Assembly (NCBI GenBank): GCA_963823665.1
Contig: CAWGMQ010000004.1
Coordinates: 2,656,001-2,720,000, forward strand
Reading direction: 5' to 3'
DNA length: 64,000 nucleotides
Origin: an uncultured Planctomycetota bacterium
Lineage (GTDB): Bacteria > Planctomycetota > Planctomycetia > Isosphaerales > Isosphaeraceae
The notes below the pieces were generated by a model that was not told the DNA's origin, did no database searches, and saw nothing but the letters and a program-made list of their open reading frames with translations. Within the stretch, counting starts at the first letter, position 1. Every line of letters starts with the position of its first letter. Positions 1 to 10,223 of this stretch are shown piece by piece. The position numbers were made by a program, and so were the translations under genes.

Positions 1-1367
1 ACCCGGGAGGCATTCCGAGCGGGCTGGCGCGGGTGGATTCGAGCGGCACGAGCGGAAGCTTTGTTGCGGCGAGTGCGCTGGCGGGCGACAACGGAATTCA
101 AAAAATCGTCTACAACTGCGCTCCGGCCATCTCGACCGACGGATCGAAGGTGTACGTGGCGGTGAATCAAAGTAGTTATGGATATGGTTATCTGTGTATG
201 GCTGATGCCGAGACTTTACAGCCGCAGCGGAGCGTGATGCTCCTGGACCCACGGAACGGGCAAGCGGCATCGGTGCCGGACGACGGCACAGCCGCGCCGA
301 CGATCGGGACTGACGGTGACGTGTTTTACGGGGTGCTCGAGGTGAACTTCCCTTCGAACCACGCCCGCGGCTGGATGCTGCATTACAGCCCGACGCTCGC
401 GACGACGAAGATACCCGGGGCGTTCGGATGGGACGATTCGGCGTCGGTGGTTCCGAGCGTGCTGGTGCCCTCGTACAAGGGGCATTCGACGTATCTGATC
501 CTGACCAAGTACAACAACTACGCCGACGCAGGGATCGGGGGGAACGGGCTGAACAAGGTTGCGCTCCTGGACCCGAATGTGTCGATGGTGGACCCGATCA
601 GCGGCGCGACGGTGATGAATGAGGTTTTGACGGTGCTGGGTCCGACCGCGAATACGGACTTACCGGGCGTGCGCGAATGGTGCATCAATTCGGCTGCGAT
701 CGACGTGGCGAACAAGTGCGCGATCGTCAACAGCGAGGACGGGCATGTCTATCGCTGGTCGTTTACCACCAACACGCTGAGTGCGGGACTCTATCTAGCC
801 CCGGCGACGGGCGAGGCTTACACCTCGACCTTGATCGGCCCGGATGGTGCGGTCTACGCCGTCAACGATGCGAAGCTGTTTTGCTGTGCCGCCAGTTTGA
901 ATGGTCCGGCGCCGGCGGGGCCGGGCGTCACATCGGGGCCGACGGGGACGGGGTCGAACCCGTCGTCCGGGACGACGATCGCGCCTCTGCCCTCGGTGCC
1001 GACGATGCCAGCGCCGATTCCAACAACCACGACCGGCCAGACCACAACCGCGACGACGACAAGCCAGCCGCAGAGCGGCACTACCACTACCAAACCACCG
1101 ACTCCAAGCACGCCGGCTCCCGCGGCCTCGCCGCGGCCTGCCAAGCCGGGAAAGCCGAAGCCAAAGCCCAAACCGAAGCCGAAGCCCAAACCGAAGGCCA
1201 AGGCCACGGCGTCGATCGTCGATCCGCGGGGGAGCGGCCTGTCGGCCGTGGGAGACGGTCGGCTTGCTTCTGCGCGCGGGGGCGGCGGAGTTAGAATTGC
1301 CGGGAATGTCGGGCTGAAGCGCGCTACTTGGGATCGGCGACGCCGGGATTGTCAGGCTGGAGCCTGA
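1..1367 (+). CDS. Secreted beta-propeller-like (PQQ-repeat-like) protein with Pro/Thr-rich linker and KP-repeat tail; 5' partial
   Basis: Frame is open back to the window start. Repeated 'PAISTDGSKVYV', 'PTIGTDGDVFYG' and 'TLIGPDGAVYA' blades, then a P/T-rich segment and (KP)n. The C-terminus may be affected by an indel. Confidence 0.55.
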   Translation, partial: PGGIPSGLARVDSSGTSGSFVAASALAGDNGIQKIVYNCAPAISTDGSKVYVAVNQSSYGYGYLCMADAETLQPQRSVMLLDPRNGQAASVPDDGTAAPTIGTDGDVFYGVLEVNFPSNHARGWMLHYSPTLATTKIPGAFGWDDSASVVPSVLVPSYKGHSTYLILTKYNNYADAGIGGNGLNKVALLDPNVSMVDPISGATVMNEVLTVLGPTANTDLPGVREWCINSAAIDVANKCAIVNSEDGHVYRWSFTTNTLSAGLYLAPATGEAYTSTLIGPDGAVYAVNDAKLFCCAASLNGPAPAGPGVTSGPTGTGSNPSSGTTIAPLPSVPTMPAPIPTTTTGQTTTATTTSQPQSGTTTTKPPTPSTPAPAASPRPAKPGKPKPKPKPKPKPKPKAKATASIVDPRGSGLSAVGDGRLASARGGGGVRIAGNVGLKRATWDRRRRDCQAGA

Positions 1368-1421
1368 CCTACTTGGGGTTGGAAATGCTGGGATTGTCAG
1401 GCTGAAGCCCGACCTACTTCG
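1302..1421. repeat. Three tandem GTAG-type REP-like palindromes
   Basis: gggaatgtcgggctgaagcgcgctactt (1302), gggattgtcaggctggagcctgacctactt (1345) and gggattgtcaggctgaagcccgacctactt (1390), between convergent genes. Confidence 0.7.
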
Positions 1422-3894
1422 AATCCAGCAGCGGGGGCATTTTGTCGGCGGCTGCGCTCCACTTGGGGATCGATTCCTCGAGGCGCTGGCGGACCAATTC
1501 TGGCAGCTTTCGGTCTTTGTGAGGCGTGATGCGGTCGAGCCTGAGGGCTTCATTGGCCTCAGCGACGGCATCACGATACATGTTCAAGTCGGCACTGGCG
1601 TGCGCGAGCCGGGCGTGGAGCTCGGAATTGCAGGGGTTGAGCTCGGAGGCGATGCGGGTGGCGTGGACGATGATGCCGCGATATTCGGTCAACTCGAGGG
1701 GGCTCAAGCGGGGAGCAACTTCGCGAAGGATGTCGTGGACTCTGACGGCTCGTTCGTTGTGGATTGCCCAGGCTTTCGGGTTACGGGGAACGTGCGCGGC
1801 GTAGACGTACATGGCGGGGACTTTCTTCCAGCGCGAGTCTTCGAGTTTCGAGCCGTTCTTTCGCCACTGGAATTCATACAGGGCGGCCAGGCTGAGCCAC
1901 GGGCGGGCGCTGTAGCGGTCTTCGGTGGCTGCGGCGAGAAAGGCCTGCTCGGCAGCTTCGACGCTGGGTGGGATGCGGTGCATTGCGGCTTCGCCGCGCG
2001 CGACGGCTGCCTCGGATCGCCAGAACGGGGCGACCAGGCCAATGAAGGTTCCAAGCAAGGCTGACCAGGCGACGGCGAGCGCCAGGGAAGGCATGCGGCT
2101 CTCGTATTCGTGGAGGTAGCTGCACTTGCGGTCGTCCCGGAGGTTCTGGCCCAAGGCGACGATGGACCACAGGCCGAGGGCGACCGTGGGGATTCCGATG
2201 CCACCCATGGCGAGCAAGTTGACGACCATGGCGAGGGCACCGGCTGCCAGTGCGATTGTGGGAATGGGGAGCCGTTTCCAGAGCGGCAGGAGCAAGAGGG
2301 CGGCGGTGATCCAGGCTACTCCGAGGAGCTGCCACCGTGCGAATAGATCTCCTTGAAAGGGATCGAGCCAGCCGAAGAGCACGACGACGCCCCAGCCGGC
2401 GCCGGCGCAGAGCATGAGCCAGCCGGTGCGGGTAGGAGGGAGGTCGTCTGGATCTGGAGCTGGCGAAAGGTCGCGACCGAGGGCGCGGGCGCGGCGGCGC
2501 GCGCGACGGCTTGATCGATCGATTTCAGTGCCGACGGCGAGGGCGGGCGAGGGGGGGCCGAGGAAATTCCAGAATGCCCAGGCCAGTGCGGCGAGCAGGC
2601 AGAGGAGTGCGAGGAAGCCCGCGGTGGCCCAGACCTCGAGGAACATGTTGTGGGGATCGGCGATCTCTTCGCTCGCGGTGGGGAGCATGTGTTTCAAGTA
2701 GTGGCCGCCGAAGTTGCCGGGACCGACGCCCCACCAGAACGTGGGGTGAGAGAGTGGGTGAAAGAGCGCGCTGGCGAAGGAGTGCTCGCCGTCGGTGATC
2801 ACGCCCCAGGCGCCCTGCCAGAATTCCGCGCGGTAGCGGAGCGACTTGGAGGATTCAGTGAGGACCTGGAGATCGAGCCGCCTGGTGGCGAGACCGGCGA
2901 AGACCAGCGCGGCGACGACAAGCGCACCGGAGAGGCCTAGTCCAAGAAGCACGCGCCTGGGTACCTTGCGGTGCGCGCGGAGGGCGAGCAGGCACAAGCC
3001 GGCAGCAACGCCGAGATAGGCGCTGCGGCTCTTTCCCAGCATGAGACACACCAGCAAGGCCAGGAGGAGCGGGGAGGCCATGGCGAGTGCGGAAGCGCGC
3101 GAGCCCGGGGCATCTTTCCGCAGAAAGTTAAGAAGGCCGACGGCCAGGAGGATCACGGTTGGGCCTGAGATGAAGCCTGCGAGCGAGTTGGCGAGTGCGA
3201 ACGTCGACCAGGGCTCGGTCGACCCGAGGAGGCGATTTCGCAGCATCAACTCACCGCGCGTTCCGGGCGTGATGTTGAGCTGGTCCAGCATCTTCTTGGG
3301 ATTACGCTCGAACTCGGCCTGGAGCGCGGGGAGCTCGACCTTGTTCTGATAGAGACCGTAGGTGGAGACGGCGACGGCGGTGGCAACCAGTGCAGCGGCC
3401 AGGACGGAGGACTCATTGCGAGTTCGGGGCAAGTTGCGCAGCAGCAGATAGACGAAACCCAGAGCGACCCATTCCCAGGTGAGGTTGATGGCGGGCCGGC
3501 GATCAAGTGAGTGGGTGGCGCTTGCGGCGACGAAGCCGATCAAGGCGACGAGGAACGCATCGGTCGCCGAGAATCGGAAACGCAGGCGGCCGTTCAAGAG
3601 TGGGACCGCGAGCGCGATGCCGACCGTGACGAAGACAAGCAGGATCCAGACGAGGCCGTCGCCGGCCCCTTCCTTGAGGTTGGGCTCGCTGGGGAAGAAG
3701 GCGCGCGCGGTGATCAAGGCCGCGGTGAGGCCCAGTGCCACCCGCCTGAAGCGCTCGGCAAAGTAAGTGAGGGAATCGCCATCGGCGGGCGGGGACTCGT
3801 CGATCGGCCGACGCGCCGGCTCGGACCGAGGATCCGGGCGCCGCTGGGAAGCAGGCAGAGGAGGCGCCGGGAGTTTAGGGCCGCGTCGGGCCAT
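1414..3894 (-). CDS. O-antigen ligase (Wzy_C)-family membrane protein with C-terminal TPR-like region
   Basis: Many TM helices; motifs KSRSA, GVGPGNF and DPHNMFLEVW; helical C-terminal repeats. Confidence 0.8.
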   Translation of the reverse strand: MARRGPKLPAPPLPASQRRPDPRSEPARRPIDESPPADGDSLTYFAERFRRVALGLTAALITARAFFPSEPNLKEGAGDGLVWILLVFVTVGIALAVPLLNGRLRFRFSATDAFLVALIGFVAASATHSLDRRPAINLTWEWVALGFVYLLLRNLPRTRNESSVLAAALVATAVAVSTYGLYQNKVELPALQAEFERNPKKMLDQLNITPGTRGELMLRNRLLGSTEPWSTFALANSLAGFISGPTVILLAVGLLNFLRKDAPGSRASALAMASPLLLALLVCLMLGKSRSAYLGVAAGLCLLALRAHRKVPRRVLLGLGLSGALVVAALVFAGLATRRLDLQVLTESSKSLRYRAEFWQGAWGVITDGEHSFASALFHPLSHPTFWWGVGPGNFGGHYLKHMLPTASEEIADPHNMFLEVWATAGFLALLCLLAALAWAFWNFLGPPSPALAVGTEIDRSSRRARRRARALGRDLSPAPDPDDLPPTRTGWLMLCAGAGWGVVVLFGWLDPFQGDLFARWQLLGVAWITAALLLLPLWKRLPIPTIALAAGALAMVVNLLAMGGIGIPTVALGLWSIVALGQNLRDDRKCSYLHEYESRMPSLALAVAWSALLGTFIGLVAPFWRSEAAVARGEAAMHRIPPSVEAAEQAFLAAATEDRYSARPWLSLAALYEFQWRKNGSKLEDSRWKKVPAMYVYAAHVPRNPKAWAIHNERAVRVHDILREVAPRLSPLELTEYRGIIVHATRIASELNPCNSELHARLAHASADLNMYRDAVAEANEALRLDRITPHKDRKLPELVRQRLEESIPKWSAAADKMPPLLDSK

Positions 3895-4999
3895 TTCCCT
3901 CTTCCGTACGGTTCGCCGCCAGCTCGAGAATGGCCACGACCCCTAGCAGGCAACAGGTCTGGGCTGCGACGACACATGCACCCAGGCCGTCGAGCCGATG
4001 AAGCAAGAGTGCGCCGGCACCGCCGGCGAGGGTTACCAGATCAATCGTGCATACAGCCCAGGGAATCGTCAAGCCGCGTGCAACGAGTCGATGAGAGAAA
4101 TGGCGGCGATCGCCCTTGAATGGACTGCGGCCTTCGCTTATGCGGATGAGGATCACCGACGTCATGTCGTAAAGGGGGACGGCCATTACCAGGAGGGGTG
4201 CGAGCACGCCGTAGGGTGAGGCGCCTTCTCGAGTGTAGGTTCCGGCGACGGTCAGGGCGCCCAGGAGGAAACCAAGGAAGTTGCTGCCGGCATCTCCCAT
4301 GAAGAGCCGGGCGGGCCAGTGATTGTGAACGAGGAAGCCCGCCAAGGCGCCGGCGAGTACGAGCATGACGGCGGGCACGAACAGGCTGCTGACGGCGACC
4401 TGGGCGCCACAGAAGAGGATGGCGACGATCAGGCCGACGCTGGCGGCGAGGCCGTCCATGTTGTCGAGCATGTTGAATGAATTGGTGAGCCCGACCACCC
4501 AGAAGGTGGTGACCAAGCCGCCCAGCAGAGGATGGGTGAACGGTCCGAAGAGCGTGACTCGCACGCCGCCAGTGGCGAGGGCAGCGGCGCAGGCGAACTG
4601 GATGCCGAGACGTAGGCGCCAGTCCAGGGTCTTCCAGTCGTCCACGAGGCCCATGAGCATGATGACGGTAGCGAGTGCGAGGATCAGCCCGAGGGAGCCC
4701 GAACGGGACATCGCGCCGCTGGAATAACGGGCGAGTGCCTGGGGAAATCCCGCGGGTTCGGCGGTGCGCATGAGAAGGAGCCCGAGTCCCAGGATGAGGA
4801 CGGTGGTGAGCCAGATTGCCACGCCACCTCCCATTGGGGTCGGCGTGACGTGGCTCTTGTGCCCGCCGGGACGGTCGAGAAAGCCGATTCTGGGAGCAAG
4901 ATATCGGACCAGCCGGCAAAGGGCTGCGCACATGATGAACGCGACCAAGACGAGGCAGCTTGCGACGGCGGCCAGAACAGGGACCTCGTTTGCGCTCAT
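3875..4999 (-). CDS. wecA: MraY/WecA-family undecaprenyl-phosphate GlcNAc-1-phosphate transferase
   Basis: Motifs PTPMGGG, GLVDD, NSFNMLDNMDG, FMGDAGS and DRRHFSH; overlaps the next gene. Confidence 0.85.
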   Translation of the reverse strand: MSANEVPVLAAVASCLVLVAFIMCAALCRLVRYLAPRIGFLDRPGGHKSHVTPTPMGGGVAIWLTTVLILGLGLLLMRTAEPAGFPQALARYSSGAMSRSGSLGLILALATVIMLMGLVDDWKTLDWRLRLGIQFACAAALATGGVRVTLFGPFTHPLLGGLVTTFWVVGLTNSFNMLDNMDGLAASVGLIVAILFCGAQVAVSSLFVPAVMLVLAGALAGFLVHNHWPARLFMGDAGSNFLGFLLGALTVAGTYTREGASPYGVLAPLLVMAVPLYDMTSVILIRISEGRSPFKGDRRHFSHRLVARGLTIPWAVCTIDLVTLAGGAGALLLHRLDGLGACVVAAQTCCLLGVVAILELAANRTEEGNGPTRP

Positions 5000-5055
5000 C
5001 GTCTGATCGGTTCCCGGCGAAGATCAGAGAAAGGGTGGGAGGGCGACAGGTCAGG

Positions 5056-5313
5056 TCAGGAGCCTGGTGGCGTCTTACCGTGGCGGGGAGGGGGGAACCA
5101 CCAGGCGTTGGTCAAGCAGGCGAGGAAGAGCACGATGAAGAGCACGAGCACGAGGGTGATGGTGAGCCACTCGAGCGGTCGGTCCGGCGGCCAGTGAGCA
5201 CTCGGGCCGCCCTGGACGACGACAAGGACCAGGAACGGCCCGCCGAAGGCCACGAGGCTCATGGCTCCGAGCAAGGCATAGGGCCCGAATGAAGAGCGAC
5301 GGATGCGTTTCAT
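5056..5313 (-). CDS. Small two-TM membrane protein
   Basis: ATG overlaps the proS stop (ATGA at 5310-5313); two hydrophobic helices around WPPDRPLEW. Confidence 0.7.
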   Translation of the reverse strand: MKRIRRSSFGPYALLGAMSLVAFGGPFLVLVVVQGGPSAHWPPDRPLEWLTITLVLVLFIVLFLACLTNAWWFPPPRHGKTPPGS

Positions 5314-7085
5314 TTGGCTCTCGCAGCGGCGCGAGCCTCCTGGCGCTCCTGGCAGGATGCGTCGTGCCGCTGTCTGGCCGCGGCGATCTCGGCGACGATC
5401 GACTCGGCGGCGGAGGCCGCGGGAATCTGTCTGGCGGCGGATTCGGTCCGCCACTTGAGCTCGATCGTTCCGTCCCTCTGCCCGCGCTCACCGATCACGG
5501 CGCGGAGCGGAATGCCGATCAAGTCGGCATCCTTGAATTTCACGCCGGGACGTTGATCGCGGTCGTCGATCAAGACCTCGAGGCCGGCGGCGGAGAGCGA
5601 CTTCTCGAGCGCAAAGGCCTGGTCGAGCACGGCCGGGTTTTGCACCTGGAGGGGCACGATCACGACTTGATAAGGGGCGATCGAAAGGGGCCAGATGATG
5701 CCGTTCGAATCATGACCGCTTTCGACGGCGCCGGCCAGGATCCGGTTGATGCCGATGCCGTAGCAGCCCATGATCGCGTGGACCTCGATGCCCTTTTCGT
5801 CGAGGTAGGTTGCGCCCATCGACTTCGAATACTTGGTGCCGAGCTTGAAGACGTGGCCGACCTCGAGGCCTGCCTTGATCTCGAGAGGCTTGCCGCAGCG
5901 TGGGCAGGGATCACCGGACTCGGCGTTGCGAATGTCGACGACGCGCTCGAGCGGAAAGTCGCGGCCCGGGACCACGCCGGTCAAGTGCACATCGAGTGCA
6001 TTTCCTCCAACGACGACTGAGGGCATCTCGGAGACGGCCAAATCGATCCAGAGCGGAATCTTAATGGCGACGGGGCCGAGGAATCCCATGGGCGCGCCCG
6101 TGTTTTTCTCGATTGTCGGCGCGTCGGCCGGGGTCAGGACGGATGCACCGACCTGGCGGCGGAACTTGGGCTCGTTCAACTCGTGGTCACCGCGCACGAG
6201 GGCGGCAACGGGCTTGCCGTCGCCGAGATAAACGAGCAGCTTGGCGGAGGTTTTTTCCTGGGCACTCAAGAATTCGCAGACATCCTTGATCGTGCGCTTG
6301 CCGGGTGTGTGGACGCTCTTGTAAGGGGGGGCGGAAGAGGTTGCCGGCGGAGGGGGGGCTGTTGAGCGACCGACTTCGGCACGTTCCTGGTTGGCGCCGT
6401 AGCCGCAGCTTCCGCAATAGAGGACCTTGTCTTCACCGGTTGCGCAGGGAACCATGAATTCGTGGGATGAGTCGCCGCCGATCGGCCCGCTCTCGGCTTC
6501 AACGATCACATAGGACAGACCGCTCTTGTCGTAGATGCGGCAATACGCTTCGTACATCGCGTCGTAGCTCTGGTTCAACTGTTCGATGTCGGCGTCGATG
6601 CTGTATGCGTCTTTCATGATGAACTCGCGGGTGCGGACGATACCGAACCGGGGGCGAGGCTCATCGCGAAACTTGGTCTGGATCTGGTAGAGCGTGATCG
6701 GCAACTGCTTGTACGAGCGGAAGAGGTCACGAACCAGGTCGGTGATGACTTCTTCGTGTGTCGGCCCGAGCGCCATCTGGTGGCCGCCGCTCAAGGTGAG
6801 CTTCATGAGCAGGTCGCCGTAGGCTTCGAAACGCCCGGATTCTTTCCAGAGCTCGACCGGCTGAAGGGCGGGCATGAGCAGCTCGATCGCGCCGGCTGCA
6901 TCCATTTCTTCGCGCACGATCTGGGTGACCTTCTGCAGCACGCGGAGGCCCAGCGGCATGTAGGTGTAGGCACCTGCGCCCAACTGACGGATCATTCCCG
7001 CCCGGAGGAGCAGGATGTGGCTGGGCGCCACGGCGTCGGCCGGCGTTTCCTTGAGCGTCGGGATCAAAGCATGCGACCAGCGCAC
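5310..7085 (-). CDS. proS: Proline--tRNA ligase (bacterial type, with insertion editing domain)
   Basis: GTG start 'MRWSHALIPTLKETP'; motifs LGPTHEE, FRDEPRPRFG, TREFIMKD, EVGHVFKLG and MGCYGIG; C-terminal anticodon-binding domain. Confidence 0.97.
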   Translation of the reverse strand: MRWSHALIPTLKETPADAVAPSHILLLRAGMIRQLGAGAYTYMPLGLRVLQKVTQIVREEMDAAGAIELLMPALQPVELWKESGRFEAYGDLLMKLTLSGGHQMALGPTHEEVITDLVRDLFRSYKQLPITLYQIQTKFRDEPRPRFGIVRTREFIMKDAYSIDADIEQLNQSYDAMYEAYCRIYDKSGLSYVIVEAESGPIGGDSSHEFMVPCATGEDKVLYCGSCGYGANQERAEVGRSTAPPPPATSSAPPYKSVHTPGKRTIKDVCEFLSAQEKTSAKLLVYLGDGKPVAALVRGDHELNEPKFRRQVGASVLTPADAPTIEKNTGAPMGFLGPVAIKIPLWIDLAVSEMPSVVVGGNALDVHLTGVVPGRDFPLERVVDIRNAESGDPCPRCGKPLEIKAGLEVGHVFKLGTKYSKSMGATYLDEKGIEVHAIMGCYGIGINRILAGAVESGHDSNGIIWPLSIAPYQVVIVPLQVQNPAVLDQAFALEKSLSAAGLEVLIDDRDQRPGVKFKDADLIGIPLRAVIGERGQRDGTIELKWRTESAARQIPAASAAESIVAEIAAARQRHDASCQERQEARAAARAK

Positions 7086-7317
7086 GTGTGCGAGCCTCCT
7101 GGAAATACAGAACAATGGCGGGCGAAGCAGACGTACGCTTCGCACAGCGCTGCGCCGCGATGGGCAAAATCCCAACTCGGCGGGGCCGCAAGCCCGAAGA
7201 TCGGGGGACAGAGCCCCCTCCTACGGGGAGGACGGCGTTGCGCCGCGATGAGTAAGGATCCTAAGTTACCACATCCGGGACGGGAGGCCGAGTGCGATCC
7301 GGTTGAATCCAGCGGGC

Positions 7318-7368
7318 GGCACACGGAGTGTGCCTGCTACGCCGGAGCACTGGCGGAGCCAGTGCCAC
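7318..7368. repeat. Two adjacent REP-like palindromes
   Basis: GGCACAC-GGA-GTGTGCC-TGCTAC (7318-7340) and GCACTGGC-GGA-GCCAGTGC-CAC (7347-7368); the first recurs near 9995 and 38385. Confidence 0.65.
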
Positions 7369-7395
7369 GTGCCAGCGACGTCAGCCGCGAGATCG

Positions 7396-8437
7396 TCACG
7401 CGCTGGGGGTAGGGGTGCGGGGCCCGGTGAGCGGCGTGCGGGCGAACGCGATCAGCCTGGGGAGATTCCGGACGAACGCGCGGAAGAGCCGTCTGAGCAC
7501 GATCCAGGCGAGGATCGCGCCGATCAAGTAGAGCGGAATCCAGATCGCCCAGCTTACAGCGAAGAGAACGATACCCTTGCCGAGGTCGACCAAGCTCGTC
7601 ATCGAGCTGTCCCAGGTTCTTGAAATCCGAGTGCCGAAGCTGGCGACGACGGGTGCGGCGGGGGCATACTTCTCGCGCTCGCGGACATTGATGGTGAGCG
7701 TGGCGAGGGACGAGAGATTCTCGAGCACACGGATCTTGCCTTCGAGCTGCTCGATTTCACCGCGGACGCGGCTCAACTCGATTTCGATCTTGAGCACGTC
7801 TTCCAGCTTGCCTGATCGTTCCTGGAGGATCTTGTTGAGCGTCTGTTCCTCGACCTTCTTGTTCTTGATCCGCGCCTCGATGTCGTAATACTGGTCGCTG
7901 ACATCCTGAGACGTGCGGTTGTTGCGCTCGAGCTCGCCCAAGGCAACGACGGAATCGACAAAGGAGTCAAATTGTTCGACCGGCACGCGAATTCGCCAGT
8001 GAATCGAGCGGAGCGACCCGGGGGAGCCGGTGACATTCTGTTCGGCGATATAGCCGTGGACGTCCTGGACGAGCGCCGTCATCTTTTTTGCGATCGGGTC
8101 TACACTTTCCACGACCAGATCGACCTGGGCGTCGTATATTATCTTACGTGCGATCGCCGGGCCGCGCGCGGTGGCCGCGGCTTCGGGCTGATTCCCGGAT
8201 CCAGGCCGGGGCGCGGCGGGGGCCGAGGCACCGGGCGGCGCAGGAGGCATCGGCGTAAGGCTCAGACGACACGCGGGCCTTGCTCGACTTCATTTGCGGC
8301 CTGCGATCGAAAAGCGGCACATCCGCCTTGGAAGCCGCACGTTCGTTTCTAGCTTCGGACATTGGTGACGAATCGCAGCCCGCGGTTGCCAGCAAAAGCA
8401 ACGTCGCCGAGAATTTGAAAAGATTCATGGAGTACAC
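7396..8437 (-). CDS. DUF4349-domain lipoprotein (frameshifted near 8260)
   Basis: Lipobox 'LLLATAGC' in ORF 8144-8437. ORF 7396-8250 has RKIIYDAQV, IRVP, DVSDQYYDIEAR, EIEQLEG and a C-terminal TM helix. Confidence 0.8.
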
Positions 8438-8871
8438 GCCTCACCGGAACGAGCCTGGAGAGATGATGGCAGCCGCATGGAAAGGTCCGACAATCATTAT
8501 GACGAGCGAGGAGGTAGAATGCTTAGAGGTTTTTGAAGAGACTTACCATCGGGATGGGGTCTATTCGATCCGATCTTTCGTACGAGCGCTCCGATCCGCA
8601 CAGGCGTGACAAACGCGATCTCCGATCAGGAACGAACAGAGTTCATGACAAGAACTCGAATCGCGCAGAAGGTGAAAAAGCGGCTAATTTTGCGGGGACG
8701 TTAGACGACTGAATACAGCAGGGATCGCCGCCCCTCCGCGGGGACGGCGAGATGAACATTCGCGCGGAAGTCCATCCGGCAATCGGTCAACCGAGTTTCG
8801 GTCGAGGAATCAGGCTGGCGCGTCCCGGACGCGGGGGAGGGCCGGGGGCCTCGGCCACAGGGAGGTGTTCG

Positions 8872-10098
8872 GTGCAGCTTTGGGAAAACCGACAGGCGCG
8901 CCTGCTCAAGCGCGCTCGACGCCAGACCGATCTGACCGCCCTGGAGCAACTGGAATCGCGCGCGCTGCTGGCATTTTCTCCGCTTGGCTTCTCGCTACCG
9001 GACCTGACAATCACAGGGCAGGCCGGACCGCGGGCGGCGTGGGGGGGCGTGCTCAACGTGTCGGCGCTGTTGCAAAACATCGGGTCCAGCACGATCACGG
9101 AGCCTCTTTCGCAGGCGCCCTCGACCTCGGCGCCCACGCCGGGCTCGCCGTACGGCTCGACTAGCACCGCCGATGCGCCCGACACGACTGTCACGGTGCT
9201 CATGACCCGGAGCCCCAAGTCGATCAGAGGCGCGGTCACCCTGGGGACAATTCCGGCTCCTCCGGTTTCGCAGAACAGCGTGGAGCAGCTCGCTGACTTG
9301 TTCACGCTCCCAGCCCGGCCGGCGGGATTTCCCGGCGCCGGCGGGAAGTTCTACGTTTGGTTCCTGGCGAATTCATCGAACAGCACGCTGGAAGTAACGC
9401 GTGCCAATAACCTGAGCAAGCCGGTGGCGGTGCAGGTAACGAGCCAGCCGCTGCCCGAATTGCGGGCGATTGCGCTGGCGGTTCCCTCGAGCCTTTCGCC
9501 GGGGGACACCATCACCCCCGAGATCCAGATCGAGAACCTTGGCACGGCCGATCCTGACCTGCAAGGGCCGGTGACGGTCGACCTGGTGGCGTCGGTGACC
9601 AAGAGCTTCACTCTGGGGAGCTCGATTGTCGCGTCGTACACGGTCAACAGTGTGCCGGCGGTTTCGCAAGCGCCCACGCTCGGGAACTACAAGACGTTCG
9701 CCAAACTGATCATCAACCAGCCGGCGAACGTCGTGACCATACCGGGTACGGCAGTGACGCTGCCGACGAGTCCGGCGAGATACTACCTGGGCGTGGTTAT
9801 TGATCCAAATGGAACGATCAACCAACTGAGCCTGCCGAAGAACAACTTCGAGCTGATCCATGTGGTCGGCCCCGCGACCAAGCACTTGCCCGCGGCCGGT
9901 GTTGTGGAGCTCGGCGAATACCGGGCAGTTCCCGAATCCGCCGAGCGGCACGCCGATTGGGGTGTCGTGAGGCACGTTTCTACCACTCGCGGACGGCACA
10001 CGGAGTGTGCTGCTTCATCTGGGAGAAGGCCGCGGCGGGGCGAGCATGGCCCCGCCGTGGCTGCGCGCCGGGTTATTGGCAAAGAACGGATCACGTGA
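8872..10098 (+). CDS. Planctomycete extracellular protein (LEPR-XLL motif; two CARDB/Ig-like domains)
   Basis: GGAGGT RBS before GTG 8872; 'LEQLESRALLA'; PDL...NIG and PEL...NLG domain starts. The true stop is probably 9970 after an indel near 9908. Confidence 0.7.
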   Translation: MQLWENRQARLLKRARRQTDLTALEQLESRALLAFSPLGFSLPDLTITGQAGPRAAWGGVLNVSALLQNIGSSTITEPLSQAPSTSAPTPGSPYGSTSTADAPDTTVTVLMTRSPKSIRGAVTLGTIPAPPVSQNSVEQLADLFTLPARPAGFPGAGGKFYVWFLANSSNSTLEVTRANNLSKPVAVQVTSQPLPELRAIALAVPSSLSPGDTITPEIQIENLGTADPDLQGPVTVDLVASVTKSFTLGSSIVASYTVNSVPAVSQAPTLGNYKTFAKLIINQPANVVTIPGTAVTLPTSPARYYLGVVIDPNGTINQLSLPKNNFELIHVVGPATKHLPAAGVVELGEYRAVPESAERHADWGVVRHVSTTRGRHTECAASSGRRPRRGEHGPAVAARRVIGKERIT

Positions 10099-10122
10099 TC
10101 GGCTTCTGAGCACCAGCGTGAC

Positions 10123-10152
10123 TTGACCCCGGCGCCGAAGCGTTCATAGAAT
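10123..10152 (+). promoter_or_regulatory. Putative sigma70 promoter of yhaM-rnr
   Basis: TTGACC-N18-TAGAAT. Confidence 0.4.
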
Positions 10153-10223
10153 CGATCGCCGACCCCGGACGCCGTGCCCGGACCCCGGCCAGCCAATCTC
10201 GCTTGAACAAATCGAATTCCAGC

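Noticed and set aside
1302..1421. Possible mini CRISPR array
   Set aside because: Only three degenerate palindromic units with spacers of roughly 12-15 bp, and no cas genes; fits REP elements.
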